Shown here: in pieces, positions 1 through 10,312 of the stretch
How positions within the stretch are numbered: the stretch's first letter is position 1
How the letters are laid out: every line of letters starts with the position of its first letter
NCBI GenBank assembly: GCA_965242965.1
Contig: OZ251518.1
Coordinates: forward strand, 2,336,001-2,400,000
Source of the DNA: Candidatus Poribacteria bacterium
GTDB lineage: Bacteria; Poribacteria; WGA-4E; WGA-3G
Length of the DNA: 64,000 nucleotides
Reading direction: 5' to 3'
The notes under the pieces: model-generated
The model's input: only the letters and a program-made list of their open reading frames with translations
Databases searched by the model: none
Told to the model about the DNA's origin: nothing
Translations under genes and position numbers: made by a program

Positions 1-3000
1 TGTCTTCCAAGGCACTCACATCAAAGCGGAGTTTGAGCTCGGCGGGTTTCTCTAATGTCGTATGTCCCGTGCGAAAGGCGGCGGCATAGCGTTGCGCTAC
101 TGCACTTCCCTGCCGAATAAGTCCGCGGCGCAAGGCGGCGACGCGCGGAATAGGCGCGAATTGGATATCGGGTTGCGTCACCTCTTCCGGTGCGGACGAC
201 GAGACATAAAGTGGGATGCCATCATTTTTCGTCGTAATCACACCGGGAGGGAAGTGGATGTCAAATACCCTGTCAAGGCTAAAGGCGGTGATTTCTTCCG
301 CCGTTCTGTAGTTGAAATCGTTGACAACGAAGGAAATATATTTTTTGTTATCAAAGACGCGCGCCTCCTGCACGGTGCCCAGAATCTCGTCACTCTCATC
401 TTCCTCGGGGTCTGCCAGAGCGTAAATTTTATGAATGCCGGTGCCGAGGGGTTTGATGTCAATGACAGCCGTGGCGCGTTGCAACGCATACGTGCCTTCC
501 TCCCAATCGGCTACCCTGATAGTGGTGATGCCCAAAATGTCGGCATCTTCGTCAATTTGACTATCGCCATCGGCATCGGGGTTTCCCTCGGCGAACACCA
601 CCTTAATATCGGCGAGGATAACCCGGCCGCCGTTGTTAATCAACTCGGCTACCAGTTCATATCCATCCTTGGCCTCGCTAAATTGATAGCGGATGGGTTC
701 GTTGTCGGTTTCATCAGTGCCGATAGCAATGTTAGGGCCTTCCGGCACCTTGACGATGCTCCGTTCTGTTTTTGAAGGATAGGCGACTTGGTGCCCGGTG
801 GTATCGGTGATACGGATGCGGTACCGGATTTGCCGCCCGCTCGGCGGCAGCGGAATCGGCGTTTGCAACCGATACCACTGTCCTCCTTGCGGAATCTCTC
901 CCCGTTGCGCGAGCCCTTGTGCCGCCGGACTGCCAACAGGCACCCTTACCATCGGCACCGTCGCGTCCTGAAAGCGGACTGTATCGTCCCAGAGGACACT
1001 GATGTTGCGGATGCCCGCTGCGCCGTTGTCATCAACAATGAGGACGCTGATACTCAGCGTATCCGTCGGAATATCCACTTCTTCGTGAACGTCCTGCACG
1101 ACAGGCATTTCTACCCAGAAGCGGGCACCGCCGACAGCGGAACGGGTGTCGTTAAAGGCAAATAGGCGGACAACGCCGCCGCCGGGGAGCGCGTTGTTCG
1201 GAACTTGGATGCGCATCGTGCCGTATTCGCCTTGCCAGACACGCCCGGTGGTGCGCCGAAGGAGGTCATTGCCTGGGTTATCGTCAAAATTGTTGGCGAA
1301 AGCGGCGGTGGCAGCGAGTGCCTCAGTATTGAAATCCGCGGCTTTTTTCCATGTGGGGAGTGCGCGGTTGTCTTCAGACGGTATTGGCACGCCTACCGAA
1401 GCGTCGGGCTGTTGGGAAATCCACGTGCCTACCTCATTTTGCTGGACGACGAGTTCTTGCGTATCGTTCACGGCAATCCGTTCCAAATCAACCTGAATTT
1501 CCAAATCAGGACGAGCAAGACGTGTTGCCGGGTCTCCGAAGAGTGTATATTGTTCTGTGCCAGGAATCCACTGCTGGTTTCGGATACGCGTGAGAAACTT
1601 GATTTTGGCATCCGTAACAATAGCCCCCACTCTCGGCGGCGAGACAGCAAAGAGGGACGTGAAAAGGTCCTTGTCAAATTCGGCGTTTGCTGCACCGTAG
1701 GTGAGCCGCGTCGCAGAAAGCGCGGCGATGGCACCATATTCGCCTAACAGAAACTGTTCGCTGAGGCAGAAGTTGCCTACTTGCTGCGGTTTATCAAACT
1801 GCCCATTCAGACACGTCGTTGTGATGACAAAAGGGAGGTAACGGTTGCGCAGGTTAACGACATCCTCAATGCGGAAAATCGACTCGTCTGCCCAGGTTTG
1901 GATGCCGCCGTGTCCGGCGTATTCAATGGCGAGCGCGCCTTCGTTTAGCGCGCGACGAATCTGTGAACCTGTCAAAACGGGGCTCTTCAATTTTCGGAGG
2001 TAAATCTCCCGCGTATCATAGCCGACTGGGATAATGTCCCGAATGAGTTCATTGCGGGATGCCTCAAAAATGCCATCAGAGGGGTTGTCTGAGTTATCAT
2101 CCGCGACCTGGATTAACGTGCCTTGCCAGCGTCCTGTCTTCAGGTTTTGCTCATAATTGATAATCTTCCGCACCATCACGTCAAGTTCTTCAGCAGTTTG
2201 AACGGATAATCTGCCGATGAGCATATCCGGCAGCGCGTCCTCACCGCTGATGTTGACAAACCGCTGATCCATGGAAGTTTCACCGCTTTCGGGTGCCCAT
2301 CCATGGTATGTCGGCACAAAAATCGGATATAACTCGTAGGTGCCGCGAAAACTCGGGTCGCGGCGGTAGCGTTCCACCGTGGCGTTCTTGTAATCGTAGT
2401 GCGCATCGCCGACAAGGACGACGTAAGTCGGCGCGGGCTGCTGCCAACTGGTATAGGCATAACGGAGAAACCGCTGGATTGCGAAGGGATTGAACAAGCC
2501 ATCGCTAAAATCATCGTAGATGTCGCCGATGTCGACTACCTGTGTCGTCAAGCCTTGCGAACGCCGAAATTCAACGAGGGGTTGGATGCTCTCGCGAAAC
2601 GTCGGATGTGTAATGACAATGTAATCGGCTTGGTTAGCGGGATTCCGAAGCGGTGTCGGCGGTGTCGGCACAAGCGCGTTGATGCTCCGATACGCCTTGT
2701 TGCCGATAACAAAATATCGCGTATGTTGCGTAATGTTATCTTCAAACTGCAGATGATACGTCGCGCCTCTACGGGTAATCTCGCCGCCGACAAGTCTGCT
2801 CGTGATACCGCCATCGCCGAGTTGATACGCATCTATCTGCTCTTCAAAGAAATTCGTCACGCGGTATTGCACCGTGCCGCGGCTACGTGGTTCCGTGTTG
2901 GAATTGAACTCAAGGCGGTTCCTCTCTGCGTTGAAATCGTGCCAATAGTCAAATTCATACCAATCCAGATAGAAATGATATTCGCCATCTGCCGTGCTAT

Positions 3001-4540
3001 TCGCGTCCAATGCCTCAATGCGCAAGAAATTCTGGTCTGGGTGAATAAACAGTTGTTGAAAATCGCGGGTGACGATATGCGAGGCTTGGCGTTTCCACTC
3101 TGCAACCCGCCCGAGAAGTCGTCCATTGAAGGTGAGTCGCGCTTTATGCAGAGCGACACCGCGGCGGGATGCACCTTGGAACTTGATGCGCAACGTGACA
3201 TTCCGATTAATCTCCAGCCGCGGTGCTGCCCCTGGCAGCGTGATGGGAATATCCTTCCGGCTCGTGTTAATATGGCCGGCGCGGAATGCCACCCAGAAAT
3301 AGTGGTCTGCCAGTTCAGACTTAATATCGGGGCCCGCCAACACATCGTGATGCACGTCTTCTTCGACACGGATGCGCGTGAAAAATGCCTGCGGCGTGAC
3401 GAGGTTCGGCGTGCGCGGGGTTACATCGCGTTCTGCCACGCGTGACGTTTCATCAGAGCCAAGTTCTCCGAGGGTGGAGAAGCTGAGCCAATAGATATTT
3501 TCATCGGTAAATTTATTGTCAATGAGCGCGCGCCCATAGAATATCAACTTCTCACCGCTATCCAGCACCCCATTTTCGTTTTCGTCAAAGAGATAGATGC
3601 CCTGCTTCTGTCCGCCGCTATCCAGCCGAATGCTGTCAAGGTTGATAGTCTCTGGCGTGATGCCCGCTATCCTCAGGTTGTTATAGGTGATGCGATACAG
3701 GTCCGTCTGAGTAACGGGTATCTTAAACCGATGCGTGTTTGTCACCTGTGGTGCAGCCGGTGCAGCTCTTTCGTGTTGGCGCGAAGCGTTTGAGGTACGG
3801 TTCCGGTCTTGTAGTCCGTCATTGCCGCTGTCAATGGTGCTGTCAAAGGCTCGGTTTTTGAGGAGGTGTCTCGGTTTTTGCCACTGCCTCGCTTGTGTAT
3901 AGTTAAACAGCATCCCCCGGAACATCGCCTCGTAGTGCCGAGAATTGGCGAGGGTGCTTACCGGTGCGGTAGGCGCAACAGGCGCGCCCGGAAAGTGGAT
4001 GCGGAATTCTATAACAGAGAAGACTTTCAGCTGCCGCGTCGCCGGGTTGAATTGCACGGGATTGATTTGCAAACCGGCGATGCGCTGCTCACGGACAAAC
4101 CCACTCGGCACGACTTCGACGAGCGGTTGCGGATAAAAACCTGTCATCGGCGAAATATCTTCGCCTTCTGCTCCGTTGATAGGGTTGGAGACAACAGTCT
4201 GAATCGTCTTTACCTCAGGGTGCGCCCGAATAACGGTAACGGTAGGCGTGCCGACGACAGGAATACCAAGCAACTGCGTGAAGACAGGCAGGCGCGGTTT
4301 CCCGGCATCCAGCGTCCAATCGGCACCCGCAAAATGGACGGTAGTCCCACTCTCTGCTTCGTTTATCTGTAACGGCGGCAGAGTGAAGCGAGCCGTTAAC
4401 GTATCTGCTGAGAGCGCGACAATTTTCAGCGGCGCGGGGGCGGCAGCGTGCGCCGAAAATCCGAGCAGGATTTTCAGGATTACCAAGATTTCCAAGAGGA
4501 TAAGATACGTTTGAGGAGAGTTTTCTCGGAGCCTGAGCAT
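1..4540 (-). CDS. C25-family (gingipain/PorU-like) cysteine peptidase, >1500 aa, truncated at the left window edge; absent from the ORF track
   Basis: ATG at 4540 gives MLRLRENSPQTYLILLEILVILKILLGFSAHAAAP (signal-peptide-like), then a propeptide-like GKPRLPVFTQLLGIP. Catalytic-dyad motifs IEYAGHGGIQTWADE and FVITTTCLNGQFD lie at about 1780-1930. The long plus-strand ORFs at 62, 1205, 2399 and 3866 are all its codon-aligned antisense frame. Confidence 0.88.
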   Translation of the reverse strand, partial: MLRLRENSPQTYLILLEILVILKILLGFSAHAAAPAPLKIVALSADTLTARFTLPPLQINEAESGTTVHFAGADWTLDAGKPRLPVFTQLLGIPVVGTPTVTVIRAHPEVKTIQTVVSNPINGAEGEDISPMTGFYPQPLVEVVPSGFVREQRIAGLQINPVQFNPATRQLKVFSVIEFRIHFPGAPVAPTAPVSTLANSRHYEAMFRGMLFNYTQARQWQKPRHLLKNRAFDSTIDSGNDGLQDRNRTSNASRQHERAAPAAPQVTNTHRFKIPVTQTDLYRITYNNLRIAGITPETINLDSIRLDSGGQKQGIYLFDENENGVLDSGEKLIFYGRALIDNKFTDENIYWLSFSTLGELGSDETSRVAERDVTPRTPNLVTPQAFFTRIRVEEDVHHDVLAGPDIKSELADHYFWVAFRAGHINTSRKDIPITLPGAAPRLEINRNVTLRIKFQGASRRGVALHKARLTFNGRLLGRVAEWKRQASHIVTRDFQQLFIHPDQNFLRIEALDANSTADGEYHFYLDWYEFDYWHDFNAERNRLEFNSNTEPRSRGTVQYRVTNFFEEQIDAYQLGDGGITSRLVGGEITRRGATYHLQFEDNITQHTRYFVIGNKAYRSINALVPTPPTPLRNPANQADYIVITHPTFRESIQPLVEFRRSQGLTTQVVDIGDIYDDFSDGLFNPFAIQRFLRYAYTSWQQPAPTYVVLVGDAHYDYKNATVERYRRDPSFRGTYELYPIFVPTYHGWAPESGETSMDQRFVNISGEDALPDMLIGRLSVQTAEELDVMVRKIINYEQNLKTGRWQGTLIQVADDNSDNPSDGIFEASRNELIRDIIPVGYDTREIYLRKLKSPVLTGSQIRRALNEGALAIEYAGHGGIQTWADESIFRIEDVVNLRNRYLPFVITTTCLNGQFDKPQQVGNFCLSEQFLLGEYGAIAALSATRLTYGAANAEFDKDLFTSLFAVSPPRVGAIVTDAKIKFLTRIRNQQWIPGTEQYTLFGDPATRLARPDLEIQVDLERIAVNDTQELVVQQNEVGTWISQQPDASVGVPIPSEDNRALPTWKKAADFNTEALAATAAFANNFDDNPGNDLLRRTTGRVWQGEYGTMRIQVPNNALPGGGVVRLFAFNDTRSAVGGARFWVEMPVVQDVHEEVDIPTDTLSISVLIVDDNGAAGIRNISVLWDDTVRFQDATVPMVRVPVGSPAAQGLAQRGEIPQGGQWYRLQTPIPLPPSGRQIRYRIRITDTTGHQVAYPSKTERSIVKVPEGPNIAIGTDETDNEPIRYQFSEAKDGYELVAELINNGGRVILADIKVVFAEGNPDADGDSQIDEDADILGITTIRVADWEEGTYALQRATAVIDIKPLGTGIHKIYALADPEEDESDEILGTVQEARVFDNKKYISFVVNDFNYRTAEEITAFSLDRVFDIHFPPGVITTKNDGIPLYVSSSAPEEVTQPDIQFAPIPRVAALRRGLIRQGSAVAQRYAAAFRTGHTTLEKPAELKLRFDVSALED

Positions 4541-4548
4541 GGTTCAAG

Positions 4549-5556
4549 TTATTTTTGTGCAGATAAACGTGCGGCGCATTTTATCGCCGCGATGAGGCTC
4601 ATTTCGCTTGCAACGCCTTTGCCGGCAATATCAAATGCCGTCCCGTGGTCTACGCTGGTGCGCACAATCGGCAAACCTAACGTGATGTTGACAATCTCTC
4701 CAAAGGCGAGGAGTTTTATCGGGATGTTACCCTGGTCATGGTAGATGGCGATGACAGCGTCCCACTCCCCGCGACACGCCTTGACAAACAGCGTATCGGC
4801 AGGCAGCGGACCGTCTACCTTAAATTGGAGACGCGCAATTGCAGGGATAATCACTTCCTGCTCCTCTTTTCCGAACATTCCTTCTTCGCCCGCGTGCGGG
4901 TTGAGCCCTGCTACAACAAGGCGCGGACTCGGAATGCCCCATCGGATCAGTGCCTCGTGTGTGATGCAGACGACATCCACAACGCTTTCAACAGACAGGT
5001 GCTTCGGGACTTCCGCCAACGGGATGTGGTTCGTGACAAAAGATACCGTCAACCGTTCAGACTGGAGCATCATGACAGACGTAGGCACTCGTGTTAGGGC
5101 GGCGAGCATCTCGGTGTGTCCGGGATAAGGTGAACCGGCGCGCTGGATGGATGCCTTGCAGATAGGCGCAGTCGCGATGCCGGCAAGTTGTCCCTCCAAG
5201 GCGAGCTGCGTTGCTGTCTCAATTGCCATGACAGCGGCTGCACCGGCACGCGCGTCAATGCTTCCCGCAGCAATCTCCGATGGTGACAACGAGGAAACAT
5301 CAAGCACGTCAATCAGGTTTCTGTGCGCGGGAACCGATGCCTGCGACGGCGTAGCAATCGTCCGAACCTTTCGTCCGCGTTCTGTTGGGGCAAACCGAAG
5401 CGCATCTTCAATGATTGCCGCGCTGCCAATGACAATAGGCTGACACACTTCGTAGAGACTCGGGTCTGCTAGTGCCTTGACGATTATCTCCGGCCCGATG
5501 CCAGCCGCATCGCCCATGGTAATGCCGATGCTCGGGAGTGATTTTGCACTATTCAT
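4549..5556 (-). CDS. pdxA: 4-hydroxythreonine-4-phosphate dehydrogenase PdxA family
   Basis: Motifs IGITMGDAAGIGPEI, GHTEML, GLNPHAGE, YHDQG, RTSVDHGTAFDIAG. Start moved to ATG 5556 (MNSAKSLPSIG). Confidence 0.93.
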   Translation of the reverse strand: MNSAKSLPSIGITMGDAAGIGPEIIVKALADPSLYEVCQPIVIGSAAIIEDALRFAPTERGRKVRTIATPSQASVPAHRNLIDVLDVSSLSPSEIAAGSIDARAGAAAVMAIETATQLALEGQLAGIATAPICKASIQRAGSPYPGHTEMLAALTRVPTSVMMLQSERLTVSFVTNHIPLAEVPKHLSVESVVDVVCITHEALIRWGIPSPRLVVAGLNPHAGEEGMFGKEEQEVIIPAIARLQFKVDGPLPADTLFVKACRGEWDAVIAIYHDQGNIPIKLLAFGEIVNITLGLPIVRTSVDHGTAFDIAGKGVASEMSLIAAIKCAARLSAQK

Positions 5557-5845
5557 TTTGCGGTGCCACGGTGCGGTATAACGTCGTCGCGCGGGCGCGT
5601 GAAACATTCCCCGCGGGTATCTCCAGCACCTCGTATTCAGGTTCAACAGCGTCATGTTCCGGCGCAGTGAGCTCGGGTAGCGCGCATTCGGGTGCCGGTA
5701 AGCGGATAATATCACCTACGGCGAGCTCTTTCCCGGCTTTCGCCGGTTGTCCGTTGACGTAAACTTTGCGGCGGCTGCAGAGCGTGTTGGCTACCGTTCG
5801 TCTTTTCACAAGACGGCTGACTTGTAGGAATTTGTCTAATCGCAT
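5549..5845 (-). CDS. S4-domain RNA-binding protein (RqcP/YabO/Hsp15-like)
   Basis: MRLDKFLQVSRLVKRRTVANTLC...VNGQPAKAGKELAVGDII. The ORF-track N-terminal extension is made of intergenic repeats. Confidence 0.88.
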   Translation of the reverse strand: MRLDKFLQVSRLVKRRTVANTLCSRRKVYVNGQPAKAGKELAVGDIIRLPAPECALPELTAPEHDAVEPEYEVLEIPAGNVSRARATTLYRTVAPQNE

Positions 5846-5849
5846 TTTT

Positions 5850-6200
5850 GAGCAGGATTTCCAAGATTGAGCAGGGTCACGCCTGTCAAGACGGTCACGC
5901 CTGTCAAGACGATCAGGTTTTCCTGATTGTCCCTCTTCAGGTTTTCCTGATCGTCCCTCTTTACAAGATTGAGCAGGATTTCCAAGATTTTCAAGATTGA
6001 GCAAGATTACGTTTCATGTTACGATAACAATTTTCTCGGAGACCAGGGCGGGATTTCCATGGATCCCAGAATTGCGTTTCACGTTCAATAACAGTTTCCT
6101 TGAAGACCAGGGGGTTACGAACGCCTTCCGGATGCAAGGAGCCTTCGTGGTGAACAGAAACTGTAATCCTGGAAATCTTGCATAATCCTGGAAATCCTGC
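5850..6200. repeat. Intergenic repeat block: ~9-bp-period (C)AGGATTTCCAAGATT motifs in inverted orientation at both ends, plus 18-bp and 24-bp tandem duplications
   Basis: agcaggatttccaagattttcaagattgagcaagattac (about 5972-6010) versus its inverse gtaatcctggaaatcttgcataatcctggaaatcctgct (about 6163-6201). ggtcacgcctgtcaagac x2 and tcaggttttcctgatYgtccctct x2. Confidence 0.8.
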
Positions 6201-8623
6201 TACACAAGCCTATCGGCGGTTGGCACCGGCACCTCTGCTGCCTCGGACATCATCCCTTCCCCATCGGCGAAGGCGATGGACAACACCTCCGTCATATCAG
6301 TTACCTTGTGGAAGCGGAGTCCGTCCCGAATTTCTGTCGGGATGTCCGCCAAATCCTTCTCGTTTTCTTCGGGAATGATGATGTCAAAGATGCCGTTGCG
6401 ATAGGCGGCGAGTGCCTTCTCCTTGAGGCCGCCGATGGGCAAGACGCGCCCGCGGAGGGTTATCTCACCCGTCATAGCAACATCCTTGCGAACTGCCCTG
6501 CCGGTCAGCGCGGAGAGGATTGCCGTCGCGACGGTGATGCCCGCAGAGGGGCCATCTTTCGGCACAGCACCTTCGGGGATGTGGATGTGGATATCCTGTT
6601 CATTGAACCGATGTTCACGAAGCCCGAAGGATTCGGCATTGGAACGGATATAGGCAACCGCTGTCTGCACCGATTCGCGCATCACTTCTTGCAATTGGCC
6701 CGTCATGTTCAGTTTGCCTTCCCCCGGCATCGTCGTTGCCTCAACGGCGACGATGTCGCCGCCGATTTGCGTCCACACCATGCCGGTTGCAACGCCGATT
6801 TCATCGTGTTCTTCCGCCTTCGTGCGCGTCCACTTCGCGGGGCCGAGGTAGTCGCTCAAGTTCAAAGGCGTGACCTCGACGTGAATGTCCGGCGTGTCAT
6901 CTGTCACAATCTGCCGCGCAATTTTGCGACAGACACTGGTAATCGCACGTTCCAGATTACGGACACCTGCCTCGCGCGTCCACTTGTGAACGATTTCAAA
7001 AATCGCCTCCTCCGTGAACTGAATGTTCTCCTCTGACAACCCGTGCAGCTTGAGCTGCTTCGGAATCAACCCGTTCGGCGTGAAGGTGGCGATGTTCTGC
7101 TTCTCGAAATCGGTGTAACCGGGCAATTCGATGATGTCCATTCTATCTTGGAGCGCGGGGGGAATTGTGATGCGCGTGTTCGCTGTCGTGACGAACATGA
7201 CATCGGAAAGATCGAAGGGGATATCAAGATAGTGGTCCCGGAAGGTGGAGTTCTGTTCCGGATCCAACACTTCAAGCAGTGCTGAGGCCGGGTCCCCACG
7301 AAAATCGGAGCTCAGTTTATCAATCTCGTCTAGCAGGAACAGCGGGTTCTTCGATTTCACGTCGCGGAGCCCTTGGATGATGCGCCCGGGTATAGAACCG
7401 ATATAGGTGCGTCTATGCCCGCGGATTTCCGCTTCATCTCGCACCCCACCGAGTGACATGCGGACGAACTTCCTGCCGGTGGCGCGCGCTATCGATTTGC
7501 CTAGCGATGTCTTTCCAACGCCCGGCGGTCCGACGAGACAGAGAATCGGTCCCTTCAAATGCTTGACGAGCTGCAAAACGGCGAGGTATTCAAGGACGTT
7601 CTCCTTCGGTTTCTCTAACCCATAATGGTCTTCGTCAAGAATGCGTTCTGCTTCAGGGAGTTGCACCCCATCTTCGGTGCGTTCGTTCCACGGTAACGTG
7701 AGGATCCAGTCCACATAGGTGCGGATGACACCGGATTCAGCGGACATCGGCGGTATCTGCGCCAGCCGGTCCAGTTCCTTGAGAGCCTTCTCCTCCGCTT
7801 CTTCCGGCAAGTTGAGAGCCTTCACCTGCTCGCGCAGTTCCTCAACTTCGGCGATGTCATCGCGGCCGAGTTCCTTCTGGATAACCTTCATCTGTTCTTG
7901 CAGGTAGAATTCGCGATGCGTCTTCTGGACAGATTCGCGGACCTGATTGTGGATATCGTCCTTCAGTTCACCGCGCTCCAATTCTTCCTTCAAGAGCCTT
8001 CCGACGAACTGTAGCCGCCTAATCGGGTTGAGTTCTTCGATGATGATGCGCCTGTCCGCGTTGGACAGCGGCATGAACCCTGCAAGCGTATCGGCGAGGT
8101 GGCCAGGCTCGTCCAGTCTATCCAAGGTGCGTTTGATGTCGGCGAGTTCTTTCTGTCGTCCGCCGGTATTGATGGGGGAGGCGAAGGTGCTGAAAAGGTT
8201 GCGGGCTTCCTGCATCAGCGGTGCGGCGGCGTTCCCCAAACCGAGTTCCTCCGGCACAACTTGCACCTCCGCTTTCAAATAGCTGTCCATATTCGCGCTG
8301 CGCAGGACGATGGCGCGGTGTTCCGCCTCGACAGCGATGCGGATAGTGCCGTCGCCCGGTTCATAGAATTCAATGATATTTGCAACGGTGCCGACAGCAT
8401 GGAGATGCTCGGAAGAAGTGACTTCTTCCTCCTCTCCGATTGGGTGGATTTGGTGGAGGAGGATGACTCGCCGCTGTTCGCGGAGCGCGGCGTGCGTCGC
8501 GTTAACCCCCATTTTGCGCGCGACGTTCAAAACCGATCTGGTTCTCGGGAAAATGGTATCAAAATCTGGCGGCAGATAGAGAATCGGTAAGCGGATGATT
8601 TCAGGTTCTCTTGAACTTGACAT
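6200..8623 (-). CDS. lon: ATP-dependent protease La (LonA)
   Basis: LON N-domain, Walker A GPPGVGKTS, RRTYIG, catalytic PKDGPSAG and IGGLKEK. Start at ATG 8623 after GAAGGA. Confidence 0.97.
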   Translation of the reverse strand: MSSSREPEIIRLPILYLPPDFDTIFPRTRSVLNVARKMGVNATHAALREQRRVILLHQIHPIGEEEEVTSSEHLHAVGTVANIIEFYEPGDGTIRIAVEAEHRAIVLRSANMDSYLKAEVQVVPEELGLGNAAAPLMQEARNLFSTFASPINTGGRQKELADIKRTLDRLDEPGHLADTLAGFMPLSNADRRIIIEELNPIRRLQFVGRLLKEELERGELKDDIHNQVRESVQKTHREFYLQEQMKVIQKELGRDDIAEVEELREQVKALNLPEEAEEKALKELDRLAQIPPMSAESGVIRTYVDWILTLPWNERTEDGVQLPEAERILDEDHYGLEKPKENVLEYLAVLQLVKHLKGPILCLVGPPGVGKTSLGKSIARATGRKFVRMSLGGVRDEAEIRGHRRTYIGSIPGRIIQGLRDVKSKNPLFLLDEIDKLSSDFRGDPASALLEVLDPEQNSTFRDHYLDIPFDLSDVMFVTTANTRITIPPALQDRMDIIELPGYTDFEKQNIATFTPNGLIPKQLKLHGLSEENIQFTEEAIFEIVHKWTREAGVRNLERAITSVCRKIARQIVTDDTPDIHVEVTPLNLSDYLGPAKWTRTKAEEHDEIGVATGMVWTQIGGDIVAVEATTMPGEGKLNMTGQLQEVMRESVQTAVAYIRSNAESFGLREHRFNEQDIHIHIPEGAVPKDGPSAGITVATAILSALTGRAVRKDVAMTGEITLRGRVLPIGGLKEKALAAYRNGIFDIIIPEENEKDLADIPTEIRDGLRFHKVTDMTEVLSIAFADGEGMMSEAAEVPVPTADRLV

Positions 8624-8762
8624 GTTATCTTTTCCTTCTCGTTTGGATGCACGGTGGCGGTGTGAGACCTGTCCAAGCGACTGGCTGCCCGCTATAGGGA
8701 CACTAGAGCACCGATGGGACAGAAGTTCCTTTCGTATTAGCGGACAGGTTCTCACATGACGC

Positions 8763-10304
8763 TTAAGCCGACTTCCGTGCTTCAGATTCGCTGTAAATCA
8801 GTGCAGGCGGTTCGTTATCGTGCACAGACGCTTCCGTGACGTGGCACGCTTCCACGCTATCAAGTGTGGGAATATGATAGAGCGTATCCATCATGATGTC
8901 TTCAAAAACGGCTCTTAGCCCGCGCGCGCCAGTCTCCCGCTCAATGACTTTCTCCGCAATGGCGGATAAGGCTTCATCGGAGACAGTCAATTGCACACCT
9001 TCGTAGGCTAAAAGTTGCGCGTATTGTTTCACCAACGCGTTTTTCGGCTCCGTCAAGATGCGGATTAACGCCGCCGCGTCAAGTTCATGCAACGTCGTCA
9101 CAATCGGCATTCGTCCGATGAGTTCAGGGATTAACCCGTACCGAATGAGGTCCTTCGGTGTGGCTTGGTTGAGGAGTGCGGCTCTTTCATGAGCGGAACC
9201 GGTGCCACCGCCAGGTTGAATCTCGGAACCAAAACCGATGCGCTGTTTACCGAGTCGTTGCTTGATAAGGTTTTCCAACCCGATAAAAGTGCCGGCACAG
9301 ATGAATAGAATCCTTTTGGTATTCACCTGAATCACCTCTTGCTGCGGGTGCTTACGGCCGCCGCGCGGCGGCACGCTCGCGATGGTGCCTTCCAGAATCT
9401 TGAGGAGTGCCTGCTGCACGCCTTCCCCGGAAACATCGCGGGTAATCGAAGGATTCTCGGATTTGCGGGTGACTTTGTCGATCTCGTCAATGTAGATAAT
9501 GCCGGTTTCGGCGCGCGCGATATCCCCATCCGCTGCTTGTAGCAACTTGAGGAGGATATTTTCCACGTCTTCGCCGACGTAACCAGCTTCTGTCAAGGTA
9601 GTCGCATCAGTAATGGCGAACGGAACGTCCAAGACACGTGCAAGCGTTTGCGCGAGCAACGTTTTGCCGGTGCCGGTGGGCCCCATCATCAAGATGTTGC
9701 TCTTATCCAACTCAACATCCGGCGTGTCGGGTGTTCCACCCTGTTGGCTCGCCAATTCGTGTTTTAAGCGTTTGTAGTGGGTGTAAACGGCAACAGATAA
9801 CGCCTTCTTCGCGTGCTCCTGGTCGATGACGTATTCATCAAGCCGTGCCTTAATCTCGATAGGGGTAGGCGGTTCTTGCGTGAGTATGCTAGGCACTTCG
9901 GGCTCTTTTCGTTCCGCAGCTCTCTCACGTTGGTTACGTGCCGTCCGCTGTCGCGTGTTCGCGCGTTCTCTTCCGTTGGCCGCTCTCGATGCGGGAGAGA
10001 ACACGTCTACGGCACCGGGGGCATCGTTACTCGGTTCTTGCGCGAGGATATCGTTGCAGACCGCGATGCACTGTCCGAGGCAGTCGAGACAGATGTTCGC
10101 CTCAAACCCACTCATGAGCTGGTTCTCTGGGACATGGGTGCTATCGCGGTTACAGAAGGCGCACGTCGCCTGCTCGTGGGTTGATTCCGAGAGCCGCACG
10201 ATGCACTGAAGGCAAATGTTTGCCCGCGGTCCTTGAAGAAGCCTGCGGACTTGCGTGCTATCCCGTTTGCAGAAAGAACAAGACATTTCACCGTATATTG
10301 ACAT
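8763..10304 (-). CDS. clpX: Clp protease ATPase subunit ClpX with two N-terminal C4 zinc-binding modules
   Basis: [31 protein letters not shown] and IGF loop. Confidence 0.96.
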   Translation of the reverse strand: MSIYGEMSCSFCKRDSTQVRRLLQGPRANICLQCIVRLSESTHEQATCAFCNRDSTHVPENQLMSGFEANICLDCLGQCIAVCNDILAQEPSNDAPGAVDVFSPASRAANGRERANTRQRTARNQRERAAERKEPEVPSILTQEPPTPIEIKARLDEYVIDQEHAKKALSVAVYTHYKRLKHELASQQGGTPDTPDVELDKSNILMMGPTGTGKTLLAQTLARVLDVPFAITDATTLTEAGYVGEDVENILLKLLQAADGDIARAETGIIYIDEIDKVTRKSENPSITRDVSGEGVQQALLKILEGTIASVPPRGGRKHPQQEVIQVNTKRILFICAGTFIGLENLIKQRLGKQRIGFGSEIQPGGGTGSAHERAALLNQATPKDLIRYGLIPELIGRMPIVTTLHELDAAALIRILTEPKNALVKQYAQLLAYEGVQLTVSDEALSAIAEKVIERETGARGLRAVFEDIMMDTLYHIPTLDSVEACHVTEASVHDNEPPALIYSESEARKSA

Positions 10305-10312
10305 AACAAGTT

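Noticed and set aside
62-4372. Long plus-strand ORFs (62-775, 1205-1747, 2399-3445, 3866-4372)
   Set aside because: All are the codon-aligned antisense frame of the C25 gene and show no recognisable motifs.
5600-5700. Pro/Glu-rich stretch in the S4 protein (APECALPELTAPEHDAVEPE)
   Set aside because: Probably a low-complexity loop expansion; it matches none of the repeat families.
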